A stretch of DNA of 64,000 nucleotides from Polyangiales bacterium (GTDB lineage: Bacteria; Myxococcota_A; Polyangia; Polyangiales; Houyiibacteriaceae), in the NCBI GenBank assembly GCA_965227405.1, contig OZ245758.1, positions 4,203,267 through 4,267,266 of the forward strand. The letters are read 5' to 3'. The notes under the pieces are model-generated. The model was not told where the DNA came from. It worked only from the letters and a program-made list of their open reading frames with translations, and did not search any database. The position numbers and the translations under genes are program-made. Each line of letters opens with the position of its first letter. The first letter of the stretch is position 1. Below are positions 62,966-64,000 of this stretch, piece after piece.

Positions 62966-63504
62966 CCCGAATCGAGATGCTTCAACAGAAGGCTCAGGAG
63001 CAACTTGACGCACTTCGTGTGGCTCGAAGCGACCCTCGCTATCAGCGGGCGATTGGCGCTTTGGTTGGTGCCAGTGTGCTGAGCACGAACGAACACTATC
63101 GCGTTCCACGGGCCGCACCGCGACTGAGCGATGCGTTGTTCGCGGGCACGGTCGAGCCGCGGGTGTTCGAGGTTCTTCCTGCCGTGGTGATCAAGATGCC
63201 CACACTCTTCAAGCTTCCCAAGAAGCTCCCGGCGGACTTGCAGGCGGTGGTGCACGCGGTCGGGCACGGGCTCGATTTGCCGGACTACAAAGGCATTCCG
63301 GCGAATCGCTATGTTGCATGGGTCGAGCGACTCGGCCGCCCCGGACGCGGACCGACGGTGATGCGTTCCTTTCGGCTGAAGCCCAAAGACTTGGAACGTC
63401 TTCGTGTGCTGAAGGAACAACTCGGGGCATCGTCTGAAACCGAGGTGCTTCGCCGTGCGTTGATTGCGCTGGAGCGCACTACGGAAGCGGAAACTCGCCG
63501 CTGA
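62962..63504 (+). CDS. protein with a C-terminal ribbon-helix-helix (CopG-like) DNA-binding motif
   Basis: GTG 62962 overlaps the upstream stop (GTGA); ATG 62977 is the alternative start. The C-terminal RSFRLKPKDLERLRVLKEQLGASSETEVLRRALIALE has an RHH strand-helix-helix pattern. The N-terminal ~130 aa are unassigned. Confidence 0.6.
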   Translation: MTRIEMLQQKAQEQLDALRVARSDPRYQRAIGALVGASVLSTNEHYRVPRAAPRLSDALFAGTVEPRVFEVLPAVVIKMPTLFKLPKKLPADLQAVVHAVGHGLDLPDYKGIPANRYVAWVERLGRPGRGPTVMRSFRLKPKDLERLRVLKEQLGASSETEVLRRALIALERTTEAETRR

Positions 63505-64000
63505 CTTCCAGCTTTGGACGTCGCCACAGTTGGATGGATCGCGGAGCCAGTCCTGCGGTCTGTCCGCCTTTGAGTCCGTGGGCGCTCCGGTCTGCAGCCG
63601 AGTCCAACACCAAACTCCACACGCGCTCCAGTCGTTCGGGGAGCGTGAAGAGCTTCGCGCTCTCGCTCGCGTTGATCATCCAGTAAAAACTGTCGTCGCG
63701 TACGCGTTCGCCCCGAGCGTCCCGGCTCTCGATCAAGCTGCCGTTGAGGAACACACCCAGCGCGTGTGATTCGGAGTGCCACGCTGCGTCGTCCATCTCT
63801 TGTCCGGTCGAACGAAACCATCCGATGTCCGGCGGCTTTTGCGGGGAGACGATTCCGCGAAAGAACCGGCGACGACGAAACACGGGATGATCGGTGCGGA
63901 GTTCGATCAACCGTCGCGTCCACTCGATGAGCTCTTCGTCGGCATTCCAGTCGAACCAGGACGTCTCGTTGTCTTGGCAGTAGGCGTTGTTGTTTCCGTG
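63479..64000 (-). CDS. glgX: glycogen debranching enzyme, C-terminal part (5' end lies outside the window)
   Basis: The minus-strand frame is open to the window edge. It reads HGNNNAYCQDNETSWFDW...LIELRTDHPVFRRRRFF...DDSFYWMINA, the characteristic GlgX C-terminal blocks. The track ORF start 63910 is an internal TTG. Confidence 0.9.
   Translation of the reverse strand, partial: HGNNNAYCQDNETSWFDWNADEELIEWTRRLIELRTDHPVFRRRRFFRGIVSPQKPPDIGWFRSTGQEMDDAAWHSESHALGVFLNGSLIESRDARGERVRDDSFYWMINASESAKLFTLPERLERVWSLVLDSAADRSAHGLKGGQTAGLAPRSIQLWRRPKLEVSGEFPLP

Noticed and set aside
1-64000. Mobile elements, prophage or genomic-island boundaries
   Set aside because: I recognised no transposase, integrase, recombinase, phage structural gene, tRNA attachment site or long terminal inverted repeats. 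The short AT-rich patches (3330-3420, 45640-45880, 62400-62490) are intergenic and too small to be islands.

Overview
GC-rich, densely coding 64-kb chromosomal segment. It looks like a Myxococcota/Bradymonadia-type deltaproteobacterium: it has a MYXO-CTERM-like tail, many lipoproteins with an LxxC lipobox followed by acidic linkers, a eukaryote-like Ser/Thr kinase and Cys-rich repeat proteins. This taxonomic guess is inference only. I call about 60 protein-coding genes on both strands. I found no rRNA, tRNA, CRISPR array, transposase or integrase. Confident housekeeping calls are gcvPB, ccmC (plus a ccmD-like gene), an acyl-CoA dehydrogenase, rarA, the 3' part of glgX, an amidohydrolase, an M16 peptidase pair, a penicillin-acylase-family hydrolase, a GMC oxidoreductase, a Ser/Thr kinase, an AAA+ ATPase, an ArsA-family ATPase and two methyltransferases. 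About one third of the genes encode predicted lipoproteins or secreted proteins, many of them Cys-rich and without an assignable function. The observations most worth a second look are: (1) a two-gene NTase-like/RHH cassette behind an AT-rich double palindrome that overlaps its start codon; (2) a translationally coupled operon of lipoproteins with CXXCH heme motifs, a P-domain and a ThuA domain; (3) a secreted lipoprotein with Fam20/Fjx-like kinase motifs; (4) a cupin-like lipoprotein gene split by a G8 homopolymer; (5) a 580-bp structured intergenic region with perfect hairpins and 53-bp tandem repeats; (6) an S1C protease fused to a putative beta-barrel; (7) a coupled TPR-AAA / membrane / TPR-membrane module. 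All family assignments come from motif recognition by eye, not from database searches. Many start codons were moved inward from the supplied ORF track to signal peptides or RBS-supported starts.
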